In this document: in pieces, positions 54,079-64,000 of the stretch | How the letters are laid out: each line of letters begins with the position of its first letter | Position numbering within the stretch: the stretch's first letter is position 1 | Origin: Nitrosopumilaceae archaeon | GTDB lineage: Archaea > Thermoproteota > Nitrososphaeria > Nitrososphaerales > Nitrosopumilaceae | NCBI GenBank assembly: GCA_965200155.1 | Contig: CBDATR010000009.1 | Span: forward strand, 1-64,000 | Reading direction: 5' to 3' | DNA length: 64,000 nt | The notes under the pieces: model-generated | What the model saw: the letters and a program-made list of their open reading frames with translations, nothing else | Told to the model about the DNA's origin: nothing | The model's database searches: none | Program-made: the position numbers and the translations under genes

Positions 54079-55148
54079 TTCAATAGTACGAAAAGTAAGT
54101 CCGCTTAGGATCCGGCGTACAGTAGCTGACTATTTCATTGCACAAGCCAGATGGTAAAGAGAATAACAGAGGAATCACGATAAAAGAGGCGTTGCCGCCA
54201 CCAACATCTCAAGACCTGAAACAAGACACGTACGAAGATTGTGAACCAGAGAACGGGAACGACTCGAGTAAAGATGGGCAGGCCCATGATACCAATCACC
54301 GCTACCCAGATACGAATGGTAACTGAAGCATACAGCAAGGATCCCGCCGGAGTAGTACGTATTGCAAAGAGGCTTAGACATAATACATATCACGCAGTAT
54401 ATCGCATAATGAAAAAGAACGGTACGGCAGGATCATCACCTGCAAAGTCAGAGTGGGTACTCTATGGGCGTAAATATTCCAATGCAATGTGGCACTGCCA
54501 TGTCATGAAAAGATGAGCGCTTCAGGGGGACTGAATCTCATAGATGATACATCCAGGTGTATAGTCGGAGCGGCACTATTTGAGCATGCAACATGAGAAC
54601 GCCGTTCTATTACTGAGACTGGCAATGAAACGATTCGGCGCCCCTGCATTTCGAATAACGGCGCGTGTTTCGTAGGACAATAAAAGGGCAAGAAAAGCTG
54701 GAAACCCACTATTCTAGGAAGAACTGCTGAATCAAGACATCATACTAATCAATTCCAGACCATACCGCCCGCAGACAAATGGCAAACTGGAGCGCTTCCA
54801 TGGAATGATTGAGGACGAGGGGACTCTTATTTAAGAGTCCAATGAGATATGACATCATGACAGTCTCCGGGATTATGTGGACTACTACAATGAGAGAAGG
54901 TTGCACGTCTCACTGGATATAGATAACGGCGAAACGCCGCTTCAGGAATAAAAAGGCGGTATGAGTTCACGTCTTCCGGAATCTTGTACACAAATCACAT
55001 TAACTAGAACAACCTGTTCCATCAGTTGTGCGTAAATTTAGACACAGGTGAACTCATACAAAAGGCGACCCAGATAATTATAGCAAATGATGCAAAATGG
55101 ATGGAGCGGGATGCCAATGACTAGCGGACCGACTTTTCATACATTACA
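54079..55148 (+). mobile_element. IS481-like element, decayed copy B
   Basis: Imperfect TIRs aatagtacgaaaagtaagtccgct / agcggaccgacttttcatacattaca; QTNGKLERFHG. Confidence 0.85.
54959..55059. mobile_element. MITE family 1 (101 bp)
   Basis: TSD AAAAGGCG. Confidence 0.95.
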
Positions 55149-55325
55149 ATCATCATGATTCAGGACAACACTTATCTTTCTGCCTATGGGTGTGTTATAA
55201 TCGGGGAACTCGAATACTTTAACGGCCATACCATTTTGTTGTAGCTTGTTGGCCAACATTATTGCCTGTGTTTGTTTCCCTGCCTGATCTATTTCCTCTA
55301 TCGCTATTATCATAGTATAATGGTA

Positions 55326-55700
55326 TTAGTGGTCGTTTAAGAATGCCGGTCGTAGGTGGTTCAGGTACCTCGCATGGCCACGAACTACATATGCCAGCTG
55401 GTAGGCGGCACGATATACGGCCCACCACAATAGTACCATGACCGGGATTTGCAGGTAAACACCCTCTTCCGGGAATGCCACCAAGTATAGAATAGACATT
55501 ACTGCAAAGAATGTGAACGAGATCAGGATACCAGTATAGAGAGCACGCCCTCCTTGTCTCGTTGGGCTACCCAGCCATGGCGCATATTGTATTGCATATG
55601 CCGTGATACAGACAGCGGCCAGACAGACTATGAAACTAACGTCAAAGTATGCGCCCAGTATGAACAATGCAATAGACGAGGACAGTAGTCCTGCATCCAC
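55326..55700 (-). CDS. Hypothetical membrane protein
   Basis: About four hydrophobic segments. Confidence 0.5.
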   Translation of the reverse strand: MDAGLLSSSIALFILGAYFDVSFIVCLAAVCITAYAIQYAPWLGSPTRQGGRALYTGILISFTFFAVMSILYLVAFPEEGVYLQIPVMVLLWWAVYRAAYQLAYVVRGHARYLNHLRPAFLNDH

Positions 55701-55742
55701 CATTCTACGATAAGGCGGCAATTATCTCAAATACGACTCTAA

Positions 55743-56015
55743 TCAAGTCATCCTTAAACGAGTACCCAAGAGTGCCCCTATAACTCCAGTAGTAATGGAA
55801 CCTCTAAACTTCTCGATAGTACGAAGAATTGTAAGAATTACTTCTTTTGTATTATCATATCCATCTTTAAGCAGCTGTCTCAAATCTGCCTCTATTTTGC
55901 CTAATGGTTTAGAAGCTTCAACCTCTTCATATGTTACACCATCTTTTTTTAGTGTGTCAATGATGTTGTAGGCTGTCGCCTTGGCATCAGTAAGTACAGA
56001 ATCAACGTCGGCCAT
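55743..56015 (-). CDS. Small hypothetical protein
   Basis: Helical ORF with hydrophobic C-terminus GVIGALLG. Confidence 0.5.
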   Translation of the reverse strand: MADVDSVLTDAKATAYNIIDTLKKDGVTYEEVEASKPLGKIEADLRQLLKDGYDNTKEVILTILRTIEKFRGSITTGVIGALLGTRLRMT

Positions 56016-56084
56016 ATTATACACACAAACGCATAAAAATATATCTAATGTTATAGTTTGTCGTATAACTGACTAAGTTCCCGT

Positions 56085-56420
56085 GTACCGATCTAGTTCC
56101 CCTAGGTCGCCGCTTTCGGCCACTCATTATACTTGTATGTTATCTCATTTTGGCGCTGTAAAGGAATGGGCGCGTGACTTGGGAACATGCTTCCGGTGAC
56201 TTGTTGGGCGGGTGAACCGCCCCTCGGTGAGTGGATGAACCGCTCCCTCGACTATGTGTTCCGTCCGGACGCCTCCGGTTGGGTGGGGAACGGTTCGGCG
56301 CCCCCGGACGACCTGCTCGGCCACCCCCATGCATGGAAACCGGTTACTGTGCGCGGTATTAATGTCCGCGTCAAACACACGGTTACATATTGAATGTGTC
56401 CCTAGTTAAGCGTGATTGAC
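56085..56420 (-). pseudogene. tnpB 3' relic with possible right-end hairpin
   Basis: DADINTAHSNRFPCMG matches HADVNVAYSNRFPCMG of 57685..58089; hairpin cgatctag-ttccc-ctaggtcg at ~56089. Confidence 0.7.
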
Positions 56421-56859
56421 CTGATTAACAATCGGTACCTGATTCAAAATAGCCGGATCACCGATCAAATGAGTCCCTGATCATGATTTCCCATTCACAT
56501 AAAACATATTTCGATACAAGAGTATAGATTCAAGTACAGCAATGCAATATAGTATTGAGAGAGTGGAAAAGATGATGGATAGTAAAAAAGAGATTCATCT
56601 TCACGATGATTCAATGACTGATCTGAGTCTCAGACACTCTCATCATAATTATATTTTTCCGGACGTACAGCTCTCATCCATATCCTTGGCAATGATGCCC
56701 ACAGTGTGGCATCATTCAATCATGTTTGACTTCATGTCCGGCCAAAATCAAGTATACAGACATGTTTTGTTACAAGTTGATACAAATTAATACAAAATAG
56801 CATATACTGATACAACCATTATTGTTCTATGAAAAGAACGGAAGTTGAAGTCAAGATAA

Positions 56860-57371
56860 ACAATCCAGTGTACAATCAGGAGAGCCAAACAAAGAGTCAT
56901 GTTTGCCAGAACCCAGTTAATTATGAACAAGTTGGTCGTCAAGACATTCCCCGGCATCACAACGGCTGATATCAACAAATTCGTGACCGAGAACGCCCAG
57001 TGGATTGCAGACAAGCAGGCATTATATGACCAAAAGAGAGAGGCAGTTTCCAGTCTCAAACCGCAGTCAGTTCAGTGGGTCATTGAACGGACTCATGAGC
57101 TTGCCAAAATGATAGTGTGAAGCCCGCCAAGGCATCAGTGAAAAGATTCAGGGGAGGCGACTGTAGCCGTAATAACGAGATTCGCTATGAGGAGCGGCTG
57201 TTACGAGCCCCCAAACATGTGATAGAATCCACCATCATTCACGAGCTATGCCATATTGTTCACCATAACCATTCAAAACAATTCTGGACGCTAGTACACG
57301 AACATTGCCCAAACCATGACGAGACCAAGAAGTGGTTAAGGGTGAATGCCCGCGGCCTGCTCCAGTATTAG
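56860..57371 (+). pseudogene. YgjP/DUF45 (SprT-like) metallopeptidase, fragmented
   Basis: APKHVIESTIIHELCHIVHHNHSKQFW; split into two frames. Confidence 0.8.
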
Positions 57372-57381
57372 AACGGCTTTT

Positions 57382-57480
57382 GTATGAGTTCACGTCTTCC
57401 GGAATCTTATGCACAAAAGAACCGGTTCTTTAACTGTCGCGATCAGTTATGCGTAAATTTAGACACAGGTGAACTCATAC
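57382..57480. mobile_element. MITE family 1 (99 bp)
   Basis: TSD CGGCTTTT. Confidence 0.95.
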
Positions 57481-57684
57481 CGGCTTTTCATTATTTCAAT
57501 AATGGGGCCGGACACGGCCAAAAGTGATTCGTACAGAGCCGGACACGGCCGCTAGAACGGCTGATCGCTACCTTAAAAGAGCGGTCATGCACTTGAACAA
57601 GTTGGTAACTCATCGCTAACATCATGTTCTTATCATGGTAGCGGGATTTGAACCCCTGTTATGGCACTAACCGTAAGTCTTTGT

Positions 57685-59053
57685 TCACGTGGCGCCGAAA
57701 CCTCGCACGACCATCATGATGTCCACGGGATGTCGGTTTTCCGCCCCGTGAACAATGGCGCCTTTGGTCCGGTGGTGTAACCACCGATTCCAGGACGACA
57801 TGCTCTGCCGCCCCATACAGGGAAACCGGTTACTGTACGCGACATTTACGTCCGCGTGAGACTCCTGCTTACAAATAGTACAGACGAATCTGTTCCTAGT
57901 TAAACGTGATTTTTTGTCGATATTCCCGCACACATAACATGTCTGGCTCGTATACTGACTGGGGACAGGTATTAGATCGGTTCCCTTGATCTCACACTTC
58001 TGGCCCAGCTTTCGCAAGAACCCGCCAGCGTGGTTCTCTCGCATGGGACGATTCAGTCCGCGTTTCCGGTTGCCACCGTGAGTAGTCATATGGGTTTTAT
58101 CGACAGGTTCTAGACACCGACCGAGTCCACGCCATCTGCGACTGCATGAATTATTCTATTTGTGGAGTCATCAGCTACATTGTTAGCCTTCTTCCATAAC
58201 CGGCGTATCTGTTTTTCCAACCGGCGCCTCTGCCTACCCTTCAAGTATGAGAGTCGGCCTTTCAGCCGGTTGATCTTCACCAATATCTCGCGATGCCTCA
58301 TGTTATGGAATGAAATGTTCCCGGCCGAGTCATCTGTGACTGCCAAGTGTTTGCCACCGACATCCACGCCGCGATCAATGCCGGTTGACACGTGCCTTTT
58401 AGGCACCATTCCAATATTGATGTGAATCTCGAATTTGCGTTCTCCTGGAATAGTTCTCTTGTCTGTTCTCGCGACTAGTTTGAATGAGCTCATGTCCCAG
58501 TAATGATAGATTGGCTTTGTCGTTCTCGCGACACCAATGCCCGGCAGGTATAGTTCGTGAGAACCGCGCCTTATTGGCGGACTCATATATGATAGTATGA
58601 TTCTGTCACGCCGGTGTGGGATATTGTCGGAACCGTCCTCAAAGGCGCGCCTGCACGCGACAGGCGCCTGTAGTATGGCACCCCGGCCATAGTTAGCTGG
58701 TAACTCGCGCAACCACTCCAGATCACGGCGCCACTTTGTCAATTCCAGTAACAAGCCATTCTTGTTGGACGGGTAAACCGTCCCCTGATAACCGTTTTAG
58801 AACGTGGTATCTGATTCACGTATAATGAATCACCCTTCTTTAGGCCGTACGATGATCTTGAACCGTTTTTAACCTTGGCCGGGTCATGCTTCAATTCAAG
58901 AGTGGTTCCGGGTATATAGTAACTGCCCAACGTGATCTCGGACACCGCCCTGTCATATACGTAATCGGATGTGTGACCGAATATCTCGGCGCGCCGGGAG
59001 AACTCCTTATTACTCTTCAACAGTATAACGACAGTCCGAATTATGTCCTCCAT
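57685..59053 (-). pseudogene. tnpB: IS200/IS605-family TnpB RNA-guided nuclease pseudogene
   Basis: RuvC-I RGVDVGGKHLAV; YTSQTCYVCG..FVCTIC..HADVN; three fragments. Confidence 0.9.
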
Positions 59054-59426
59054 TATCTGGCGATTCTACTCTAGTAGTGATTCTATAACAGTCCTATACC
59101 CGGCAAAGACTTATGGTGGGCGCTGTACATAAGGAGATAAAAAATAGAGATAGGAAGATCGAGCTGGAAGAGTCATCTGCAAACTTAATCACACATGAAA
59201 GACGACGCATATCTTCACAAGAGAAAGCCGATCCGGACGATGTATGCCATTACGTAAATTTGGACAGTAATAAAATCTGGGTATTCTGGTACATTTGCAG
59301 TCATGTGTCAAAAAACATCAGTCACGTCTGTTGTTCAAGTATATGGATGCCAAAAACGCTGTTTCTATCTTATGATCAAAACATATGAACTCATACAAAT
59401 TATAAATTAAACTAAAAATGTAGTGA

Positions 59427-60719
59427 TTATGGATAGTAACCGGAACCGAACAGATAGCCGTCATGTTTGACCATCCAAGAACGCTTTGAGGCATCTTCGC
59501 CGGTTGATGGATCTAGGAATTCATACTCAACCCAAATACCTTCGTCCTCTTCTAGACTGCGGAACTCTTCAACAGAGACACTTGACTGATAGAACACTAC
59601 ATCGGCAGTATCGGCATCGCCTACCAAGGCTGGATCTCTCCCATGAGCTACTATTGATAGTTCATCAAGATCAAGTACAAAGGGATAGTTTGGATCAGTT
59701 GACATGAACATATTTATGGTATCAAAGGCAGTATCCGGATTCCGGTCATATAGGCGAATCATCTCCCCAACTACGCCCTGTGTTCTCACATCATCTGTCA
59801 CAGAAAGGCGAGCGCCAAAGACGTATCCGTCATAGTGTTTTAACCATCCACGTTCATAGCCAACTATATTACCTGATAGATCTGGAAGTGGATAACTAAG
59901 CCAAACGCCGTCACTATTTAGAATCAGGTCTTTAAATACTTCTATTGGCAAGAATGCATTACTTAGTAACAATTCAGTATTAAGTCCAATAAGCTCCGGT
60001 GTCGCATTGTGTGCCATAAGAATATAACTGTCCGCATCTACAACATATCCTACTACTTCAGCAGCCGGACTTACTGATGCCCTCGCATTAATCATGTCCA
60101 AGGCATCGTCGCCATTATCCATGTATAGTGTAATTAATTCATCTACGAATTCTTGGACTTCAATATCTGCCATCTCGGCTTCGGACATCTTGTCCTCCAT
60201 CATGGTATCTTCCATCATCATATTGTTATCTTCCATCGTGGAACCAGTTACTACGACCTCACCCATTGCCCATGGATGCAGGATACAACCGTACTGGTAC
60301 GTACCTACAGTATCAAACTGGAAGCCAAAGCTCTTGCCATTATCAATGAATGCGTCAAAGTCCCCATCGGGATGAGGATTGCCAGTTACCGAGTGCAGTA
60401 CGTTATCATTATTGGTCCAGACCACTTCTGTTCCGGCTTCCACTTCTATACTGGATGGCGTAAAGCAGATATCAGTATTTCTACAGGACGGAAATAGTGC
60501 GCCCTCAGGTATAGTTACATCTACAGTGGGTGGAGGAGGACCTGTCCTGACTTCTACATACTCATTAGTTGTATTACATTCGGGCATGGACTCATCACCA
60601 TTATCGTATACTATACAGATGGTAGTGACTTGCCAATAGGATGATTTCTCATCCTCTGCCATAGCAGGAATTGTGACCATACTTATCGCTGCAAGTACTA
60701 AAAGTGCATACAATTTCAT
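59427..60719 (-). CDS. Secreted cupredoxin (plastocyanin-like) fused to Cache-like domains
   Basis: FTPS.IEV..G..V.W.N.D...H; YGCILHPWAMG; YPFVLD...VAHG; KRSWMVKHDGYLFGSGYY. Confidence 0.88.
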   Translation of the reverse strand: MKLYALLVLAAISMVTIPAMAEDEKSSYWQVTTICIVYDNGDESMPECNTTNEYVEVRTGPPPPTVDVTIPEGALFPSCRNTDICFTPSSIEVEAGTEVVWTNNDNVLHSVTGNPHPDGDFDAFIDNGKSFGFQFDTVGTYQYGCILHPWAMGEVVVTGSTMEDNNMMMEDTMMEDKMSEAEMADIEVQEFVDELITLYMDNGDDALDMINARASVSPAAEVVGYVVDADSYILMAHNATPELIGLNTELLLSNAFLPIEVFKDLILNSDGVWLSYPLPDLSGNIVGYERGWLKHYDGYVFGARLSVTDDVRTQGVVGEMIRLYDRNPDTAFDTINMFMSTDPNYPFVLDLDELSIVAHGRDPALVGDADTADVVFYQSSVSVEEFRSLEEDEGIWVEYEFLDPSTGEDASKRSWMVKHDGYLFGSGYYP

Positions 60720-61186
60720 TATGGGCTTAACTATTATTGAGATATATAAGTTATTTTAAAACTTGAGCTTGTTTCATAAATCAGTACAGAATGAGATCCA
60801 CATAGTGCAAATTTGATTATAACATTAAAATCTGAGAAATATTGCAACCAATTTGATGGTCTTCGACAACGCCGTTCTTGATCATGATAACATGGTTAGT
60901 TTGGGTTGGCGCTGACGCGCCAGTGGTTTACAAAATGATCAAGACACTTGAACTGTGTTATCAAATACTACTTCTCCTGTCTCTGTAACGTGTACAAGCA
61001 TGCCCTACCGCAATCATCTTTGCGGTACCAATTGCATCGTCTTTGTCATTTTCTGATCCATAATAGTGCCAGAAACCAGACTTACTTCTCCCATCTATGT
61101 TATATGCCATGTTAGAACTAGTTTTTTACAGAGGTAAAAGGCATGGTCAAGGAATGATACAAGACTAATTTATTCGGTACACTATT

Positions 61187-61287
61187 GTATGAGTTCACCT
61201 GTGTCTAAATTTACGCACAACTGATGGAACAGGTTGTTCTAGTTAATGTGATTTGTGCACAAGATTCCGGAAGACGTGAACTCATAC
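61187..61287. mobile_element. MITE family 1 (101 bp)
   Basis: TSD ACACTATT. Confidence 0.95.
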
Positions 61288-61470
61288 ACACTATTTCGTC
61301 ATCGCGTACCTCAACTATCACACCTAACAGTATTGAGACAATCTACAGTGTTGCCCATGGATTCTCCCCATCAGGTTTCTTTCCACTTATGTCATGCTAT
61401 AATGTTCCATTCTATGGTTAATGGGTTAACATGAACTGTCCTTTTATTATATCATTACTGAATTAAAATC

Positions 61471-62400
61471 ATGAATCTATTGCTGGCTCTAGCACCACTA
61501 GTGGCCGGTACCGCCCATTCCCAGGAACAAACACCTGATCAGTACATGCTGGAATTGATCAACCATGAAAGAGAAATGGCCGGACTACAGCCAGTTTCAC
61601 TTGGTAATGATATGGCGGCCCAGCAACACGCTGAAAACATGCTGGAACACTGCTACTTATCCCACTGGGGACTGGACTGCATGAAACCGTACATGCGATA
61701 ATGGGACAGGTGTCAACGCCGAGAACTTATCCGGCCTCGACTATTGCATCACTCATGATGACTGGTTCGTTCCCGTATCACCATTCCAGGACTTGGAAGA
61801 GATCATGGATGGTTTCATGAACAGCCCGGGACACCGTGATAACATACTAAACGAGCACCGCACCCATGTCGACCTGGGAATCACACATGATGATTATAAC
61901 ATGAGAGTCGTCCAACACTTTGAGTATAGTTACGTGACATTCACAGAGGCATCCATTAATGGCACCACTCTAACATTGAGCGGTCATTCCATGAGTGTTA
62001 TAGACAGCATCTCATTATATCATGACCCATTACCATACAACCTGACACGAGGACAAGTAGAGAGGACATACTGCTATGACAATGGAGTGATGGTGGCCTC
62101 CATAATACCGCCCCCCGTACCTGGAACAGGAATCAGAGACGTTAATGACACGGTGCCCAGACCCATATGATGTAGAGCGGGACGCCAGCTTCCCAGACAC
62201 CATAACATGGCGGCCGGAATACCATGAGGAACTGGTGATGATTCCCTTCATAGAGGCAGAACAATGGAGGGATGACTTTTCCATTACAGCTGACATCACC
62301 ACTATTGGAGCGGCACGGGCCGGGTGTCTATACCACTCTTCTATACGGGGATGGCATTATAATCGGTCAGGCCACCATTATGGACCCGACTTTTATTGAA
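61471..62400 (+). pseudogene. CAP/SCP-domain secreted protein pseudogene
   Basis: LELIN.ER..GL.P, AQQHAENM..HW, MNSPGHRDNIL; stops and frameshifts. Confidence 0.85.
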
Positions 62401-62507
62401 CGAGTAATCGAGGAAGTAATGGTTTCACTACATTTCATGCCGGAATCCGCCATTCACATGAAGGACAAGACCGAGATTAACATTGACTTGGGTGCAGAAC
62501 GGGTGAG

Positions 62508-62617
62508 GGCGACCATTGCCGGAATGCATCCGGGAATACATGACCCTACAACACGGAAAGAACTCACTCGAGCACCTTTCGGCGACCATTGCCGGAATGC
62601 ATCCGGGAATACATGAC
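62508..62617. repeat. 37-bp perfect direct repeat around a unique 36-bp insert
   Basis: ggcgaccattgccggaatgcatccgggaatacatgac at 62508-62544 and 62581-62617. Confidence 0.95.
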
Positions 62618-62999
62618 TGGGAGCGGTGGGCCAAGAATAGAGCAATCGAGAAAATTATTCTAGGCCGCCGATACATAGAGCCGGAAGGAACAGAGCCATT
62701 CCTGGCCGCCGTTATATTATGCAGGAGAATGAATAACCATAAACTGATAGGCCGGTTCTCACATACAGAAGCACTATACTCTATCCACATGATGCAGGGA
62801 CGAAATGTATACATGACTCCCATATGCCGGGGAGGTATTAGACACAGAACCAGGCAACGATAAAGGTCTGTATACGTTGCATATCTTCCAATATTTACCA
62901 CTGGCGGTAGGCCTTGGAAAGACATGGAAGTTGATAAACCAACATATCGACAGGGGCTTTGTCCATTTGGAGCCGGACAAGTTCCTCAGATTGATGCGG

Positions 63000-63100
63000 G
63001 CATGAGTTCACCTGTGTCTAAATTTACGCACAACTGATGGAACAGGTTGTTCTAGTTAATGTGATTTGTGCACAAGATTCCGGAAGACGTGAACTCATAC
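63000..63100. mobile_element. MITE family 1 (101 bp)
   Basis: TSD TGATGCGG/TGATGCAG. Confidence 0.93.
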
Positions 63101-64000
63101 TGATGCAGGATGCCATTACACAGTACATCAGGAACCGTATTGAGGGAATGACCAGTATACCAGCCATTGTAGTACCAGATGATATTGAAAAGTGGTGCCA
63201 GAACCATAATGAATGGCGACACGCCCCCATGCGTAACAAAGTGCCTTGAAATGATGTCACAGGGCGGGAATTTATCACATTCAGGCCGCTTCCTTGTGGT
63301 CATATATAATCCGAATGCCAGAATCGATATTCCGTGTATTAGTGACCTGTTCCAGGGCGCCCCGGACTATAACAAGAAGATAACAGAGTATCACATCAAC
63401 CAGATAAAGAGGAGTGGTTACAAGGTTTCCCAGCTGCTCCTGGATTCGTTCTAATACATTATGTCCGGGTTGTTCCGCGACACATCCGACAAAATATACA
63501 AAAAACTAGATTGGCGGCTCTCTTCCTTCAAGTATGTCGGTGTATCATCTCGCGGAAGAACAGGCTTCTTGATCGTATCTTTCCTGACTCTACCAGCATG
63601 TCATATTCATACTGCCCCATAATGCAACCACCGGAGTATCTTACTTCCATTATACATAGTGATCAATGTATATAAGTTATATTCATTTGTATTAAATTCA
63701 GGGGAGCTCAAGAACATCATCGGCACAGTGCTTGTGAACCCAGATGTTGGCGGAATTCCTTGTCTACCTTTATCATGTCATCACACTTTATCGCAAAGTG
63801 GGCTTTCATGGTTATATACAGATATATTCTTATTATGGCGCTGTAAAGAAATCAGTACATGTTAAAAAAAGAGTACATGGATCCTGCTGTGTTTCTAGTC
63901 AGTTAGTGATGGAATGATTCACGATTTAGGAGAGATCCTCCTCAATAGGGTAGCCCCAGCTCACGGATTGATGTTTTCAGTGGATTAATGAATATTGAAT

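Larger units (their letters stand above)
62436..63520 (+). pseudogene. priL: DNA primase large subunit (PriL)-like pseudogene
   Basis: WKLINQ.I.RGFV.L; PPCV.KCL..M..G.NLSHSGRF; F.GAPDYN.KIT.Y. Confidence 0.85.

Noticed and set aside
57636-57655. tRNA-like 3' end GGGTTCAAATCCCGCTACCA on the minus strand (tRNA or att site)
   Set aside because: Acceptor arm too short, no rest of a cloverleaf and no second copy in the window.

Overview
Archaeal DNA, most likely a Nitrososphaerota (Nitrosopumilaceae/Cenarchaeum-like) host-associated lineage, judged from CdvA, TFB, Gar1, SRP19, Cys-type Thi4, TopoVI and cupredoxin/CGxGT-repeat surface proteins. Intact genes (thi4, znuABC-like, acs, cdvA, sufC, menA, srp19-gar1-tfb, three LivJ-like binding proteins) are scattered among decayed IS5, IS66, IS481, IS3, IS1595-like and TnpB relics, 15 copies of a 92-116 bp MITE with 8-bp target duplications, and pseudogenes that include top6B/top6A and priL. 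Main observations: (1) three events in which a 36-37 bp piece of ordinary coding sequence is duplicated around a novel 35-37 bp insert, the geometry of ectopic CRISPR spacer integration, two of which form a six-repeat array inside an IS5 relic; (2) a Type ISP restriction-modification gene with an (AGCCAGTC)n switch between two tandem alternative specificity segments, plus an orphan copy of the second segment 31 kb away; (3) TGATCAAG arrays flanking that gene, next to three tandem MCM-N/OB-like paralogs (two with an RHH-like N-terminus); (4) two diverged FN3/cadherin-like surface-protein genes carried inside a non-autonomous transposon, one ON (G11) and one OFF (G12) at a poly-G tract. All family calls come from motif recognition by eye; no searches were run.
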